Both the position numbers and the translations under genes were made by a program. A DNA stretch of 64,000 nucleotides from an uncultured delta proteobacterium (GTDB taxonomy: Bacteria; Myxococcota_A; Polyangia; Polyangiales; Polyangiaceae). A model generated the notes under the pieces. That model made no database searches, was not told where the DNA came from, and worked only from the letters and a program-made list of their open reading frames with translations. Below are positions 60,458 to 64,000 of this stretch, in pieces (the first letter of the stretch is position 1; the number at the start of each line of letters is the position of its first letter). Where the stretch lies: NCBI GenBank assembly GCA_963696385.1, contig CAVOKF010000008.1, positions 224,001 to 288,000 on the forward strand, given 5' to 3'.

Positions 60458-63400
60458 ATGCGGCACCGCGCCGGCCAAGGCGAAGCCAGTGAGGCCGAAA
60501 CTCTACCGATTGCCCAGCTCGACGAGGTCGAGGTCGAAGAGGACGTCGTCGTCGATGCGACGTCGATGGACCGCCTCTTGGCGGTGACCGACGACGGATG
60601 GGACATCGACGACCAAGTCGTCACACTGCAGCGAGCCGCGGCCACCACGCACGCCGCCGTGGATGCGTCGAACGTCTCCGCGCGCGACTCGTCGCGGGTG
60701 GCTCGACCCTCGAAGGGCCCTCCTCCCCTGCCCCGCAAGGGGCCGCCTCCTTTGCCGGCCGCGGGCGGGCGAACCCCCGAGCCGGCTCCGCTTCGCACGC
60801 TCGCCGACATCCTTACGCCGAGCGGCCTGGTGGACATTCTTCAGGCCCGCGCGACGCACTTGGAACCGTCGGGCGACAAGGTCGGGCGAGCCCGGGTCTA
60901 CGTCGAGCTCGCGATCGCCAGCGAGATTCTGCTGGCCGACGACAAGCGTGCCGCGACGTGGGCCGAGGCCGCCCTGCAGGTGGATCCGGGCGCCGTGGCG
61001 GCCCACAGCATCCTAAGGCGGGCTCATCACGGCCGCGCGGCCCTATCGGCCATGCTCGACCATCTCGACCAGGAGCTGTCGGCCGCGACCGACGAAGCGC
61101 ATCGCGTCGAGTTGCTGTCGGAGCGAGCCAGGCTGCTCGAAGCCGTGGGCGCCCGAAGCGACGAAACGCGCGCCGCGTGGGAACAGGCGCTCGCGTATTC
61201 GCCGGAGAATCCCGCCGCGCTCAAGGGCTTGGAGGCCGAGCTCGTCGCCCGCACCCTGTCGAGCGGTTCTCCCGGCGACTGGGACGCGCTCGCGGGACAC
61301 CTCGGCCGGATGGCCGACGCGTACGCCGCCGATCCCGCGCTGGCATCGTGGCTGCACGTCGAGCGTGCGCGCGTACTCGAACGCAAGCTCGATCGGATCG
61401 ATGCCGCTCGATCGGCGCTCGAGCGAGCGGTCGAAGTCGACCCCAACGCAGGGCCCGTCCGGGACGCTTTCGTTCGGCACGTGGCCGCCCAGAGCGACTG
61501 GGGAGCACTCGTGCACTTGCTCGACGACGAGGCGCGTGTCGAGCCCAACGACGCGCGGGCGGCACGGCTCGAGCTCGATGCCGCGATGATCGCGACGTGG
61601 CGACTGGGCGAGGGACCGAGAGCCCGGGTGCTGCTCGAGCGCGCGGCCGCACGCGGACCGACCTCGTCGAGCGTGGACCGACGCGTCCTGGACGAGCTCA
61701 TTCGACTCGCCGAGGCGGAGGCCCGCTGGGCGGATGCCGCCCGAGCGCGCAGGGCGCGTTTGCGTTTCGTCGCCGAGCCGAGCGCGCTCGCCTACGAGCT
61801 CGGAGCGCTCGCCGCCATCGCGGAGCGAGAGGGCGAGATCGAGACGGCGATCGCGGACGTGCAGCGGGCTCTTGCCGTGGACAGCGCGGATCCGGCCTTG
61901 GTCGACTGGCTCGATCGCCTCCTTCGCACGGCCAACAAGCCCGAGCAGCGGGTGGCGATGTGGCTTCACGAGGCGGCCCGAACCCCCGACCGCGCGCGCC
62001 AGGCACGTGCGCTCGCACGCGCCGGACGAGTGTGCGAAGAGCTCGAACGGCCCGCCGATGCACTTCGGCACTTGCGGGCCGCCTGGGTCGCGTACCCCGG
62101 AGATCCCGACGCTCTCGACGGGCTCACGCGGGTGCTGGCACCGCCGCCCCCGGCGGCGACCGATGGCGGCGCGCGATCGCTCGTCGAAGTGTACGCGCAA
62201 GCGGCCGAAGACGCGCGCGAACCGGGTCGAAAGGTCGCCTTCCTCGAACGCGTCGCGATCATCTGGGAAGAGCTCCTCGGCGATCCATCGCGCGCATCGC
62301 GCGTCTACGAGCAGATCCTCGCGATCGACCGAGATCGACAGAGTGCCATGGTCGGACTGCAGCGCACGGCGTTACGCACCGGCGACGACCGAAATCTCGC
62401 GCGAGCGCTTCTCGACGAAGCTCGTGTCGTCGTGGACCGAGGCGCTCAGCTCGCATTGCGGGTCCGCGCCGCCGACGTGCTGTCCAGGCACGACGCGGCC
62501 CGAGCGATCCAGCTGGTGCGCGAAGTGATCGACGAGAACCCGCGGCTCGTTTCCGCCCGCGAGCTCGAGACGCGTCTCTACGAAGAGGCAGCCCGCTGGG
62601 AGCTCGTGGCGAAGTCGCTGCGCGCGCGAATCGACCTCGCCGCGACCCCCCGCGACAAAGTCGCGATCTGGCTGTCGTTGGCCCAGGTCCAGAGCCTGAG
62701 ACTTCGCGCCCCGGCCGATGCACTTCTGTCGATCGAGCGAGCCCGCGCGATCGACCCGAGCCATCCGGTGCCGGCGGAAGAAGCGACCCGCGTTCTGGAG
62801 GCCCACGGAGATGCGCGCGGCCTGCGCGACATGCTGGAGCGTCTCGCCTCGAGCGCCGTGACCCCGGAGGAGCGTGCCCGACGACTGGCGCACGCGGCCG
62901 AGATCGATGAACTGCGTCTGGGCGACGACGCAAGCGCCGTACGGACCTACCAGCGGGCTCTCGCCGAGACACCCGACGACGATTGGCTGGCCGACCGTCT
63001 GGCGCGCCTCATGACGCGCCGCGCAAGAAGGCGCGGCGGCGGCGAGCTCGCAGAGCTCGCGTCGTTGCTGGGAAAGCGCATCGAGCGCGCTCCCTCGGTC
63101 GACGCCAAGCGCGTGCTCACGTTCGAGTTGGCGTCGCTTCTCGTCGAAAGCGGACAGGAGCCGATGCGCGCGACGTCGCTGCTCGAGTCGCTGCTGGCCG
63201 ATCGCAGCGACCACGTCCCGGCCCTTCGGACGCTCGAATGGCTCCGACGCCGGGCCACGGTCGACGTGGCTTCGCTCGCGCGCGTGCTCGGGCGGCAGGC
63301 GGCCGCGTTCACCGCGACGAGCGCACGGCTCGGCGCGCTCTGGAATCTGGCGGCGCTCGAGGAATGGGTGCTGCCATCCGGCGATCCAGCCGTGACCTAC

Positions 63401-64000
63401 CGCGCCATCCTCGATCTCGATCCCACCGACCCCGCGGCACTCGGCGCGACCTTGCGCCAGGACCTCGCGCAAGCCCGACGCGGCGAGCCCGGGGCCAAGA
63501 AAAACGCGATCGCCGCCCTGCGCGCTCTCGTTCCGTTCAGCACGAACGCCGACACCCGCGTCGCGCGCGAGCTTCGCCTCGCGCTCATGCTCGAATCGGC
63601 CGCGGCGGACGCTCCCGAGCCGGAGGAGGCGCGCGAGCTCTTGGGCGAAGCACTCCACTGGTACCGCGACACGCTCGGCGCCGACGTGCGATCGCTCACG
63701 GCGGCGACGGGCGCGGCCCGGCTCGGCTCCTCGCTGGGCGATCCCGAGGCGGCGCTCGCCGCGTCGATCGCCCTTGCCGATCTCGCCGACGAGCCGCGGC
63801 TGAGGGCCCGCTGCCTTCTGGACGCGGCCGAACTCCTGCTCGGTGCGGCCGACGACCCTCGCCTGGGTTTGCGCGCGGACCGCCGGCAGCGCGCGGTCGC
63901 GTTGCTCGAGCGGGCGCTCGACGCCGATCCGGACTCGATCCCGGCCGCGGGGCGACTCGCGACAGTCCTCTTGGAAGACCGCCAGGGCGAACGGTTGCTG
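60458..64000 (+). CDS. Very large TPR-repeat protein (GltI/AgmK-like myxobacterial family), truncated by the right window edge
   Basis: Hand-read ORF from ATG 60458 (MRHRAGQGEASEAETLPIAQLDEVEVEE...), same frame at spot checks (61022, 63962). Repeated TPR-like ALERAVEVDP / YEQILAID / LERALDADP motifs. Confidence 0.85.
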   Translation, partial: MRHRAGQGEASEAETLPIAQLDEVEVEEDVVVDATSMDRLLAVTDDGWDIDDQVVTLQRAAATTHAAVDASNVSARDSSRVARPSKGPPPLPRKGPPPLPAAGGRTPEPAPLRTLADILTPSGLVDILQARATHLEPSGDKVGRARVYVELAIASEILLADDKRAATWAEAALQVDPGAVAAHSILRRAHHGRAALSAMLDHLDQELSAATDEAHRVELLSERARLLEAVGARSDETRAAWEQALAYSPENPAALKGLEAELVARTLSSGSPGDWDALAGHLGRMADAYAADPALASWLHVERARVLERKLDRIDAARSALERAVEVDPNAGPVRDAFVRHVAAQSDWGALVHLLDDEARVEPNDARAARLELDAAMIATWRLGEGPRARVLLERAAARGPTSSSVDRRVLDELIRLAEAEARWADAARARRARLRFVAEPSALAYELGALAAIAEREGEIETAIADVQRALAVDSADPALVDWLDRLLRTANKPEQRVAMWLHEAARTPDRARQARALARAGRVCEELERPADALRHLRAAWVAYPGDPDALDGLTRVLAPPPPAATDGGARSLVEVYAQAAEDAREPGRKVAFLERVAIIWEELLGDPSRASRVYEQILAIDRDRQSAMVGLQRTALRTGDDRNLARALLDEARVVVDRGAQLALRVRAADVLSRHDAARAIQLVREVIDENPRLVSARELETRLYEEAARWELVAKSLRARIDLAATPRDKVAIWLSLAQVQSLRLRAPADALLSIERARAIDPSHPVPAEEATRVLEAHGDARGLRDMLERLASSAVTPEERARRLAHAAEIDELRLGDDASAVRTYQRALAETPDDDWLADRLARLMTRRARRRGGGELAELASLLGKRIERAPSVDAKRVLTFELASLLVESGQEPMRATSLLESLLADRSDHVPALRTLEWLRRRATVDVASLARVLGRQAAAFTATSARLGALWNLAALEEWVLPSGDPAVTYRAILDLDPTDPAALGATLRQDLAQARRGEPGAKKNAIAALRALVPFSTNADTRVARELRLALMLESAAADAPEPEEARELLGEALHWYRDTLGADVRSLTAATGAARLGSSLGDPEAALAASIALADLADEPRLRARCLLDAAELLLGAADDPRLGLRADRRQRAVALLERALDADPDSIPAAGRLATVLLEDRQGERLL

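Overview
High-GC chromosomal segment whose gene content points to a myxobacterium (Myxococcota, probably Polyangia); this taxonomy is inferred. Left to right: (1) a Glt/Nfs-type envelope machine cluster (outer-membrane beta-barrel, secreted Cys-containing protein, GltG-, GltF-, GltE- and GltD-like genes, a second TPR protein and a coiled-coil protein); (2) a decayed ECF sigma factor remnant before an intact zinc anti-sigma; (3) PilZ, an ArnT/PMT-type glycosyltransferase, era-der and an ArsA/GET3 ATPase; (4) the prs-rplY-pth-rpsF-rpsR-rplI-dnaB operon, with a toxin-antitoxin islet (HEPN pair plus Xre/RES) between prs and rplY; (5) an ether-lipid elbBCDE cluster followed by a DAG-kinase-family gene and a LeuA lacking its regulatory domain, with a divergent acyltransferase-thyA-folA unit; (6) lipA, an ATPase-TPR protein, a MepA-like peptidase, fused ScoAB, accD-folC-yajQ-glmM; (7) a small RHH cassette, sahR-ahcY and a very large TPR protein running off the right end. 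The most striking non-coding feature is a 119-bp hairpin element with 8 full or near-full copies plus partial ones at four sites. Each site begins 7-13 nt after a stop codon in the same orientation relative to that gene, and three of the four border accessory cassettes. Four +1 frameshifts (dnaB, elbD twice, ahcY) are most likely assembly errors.
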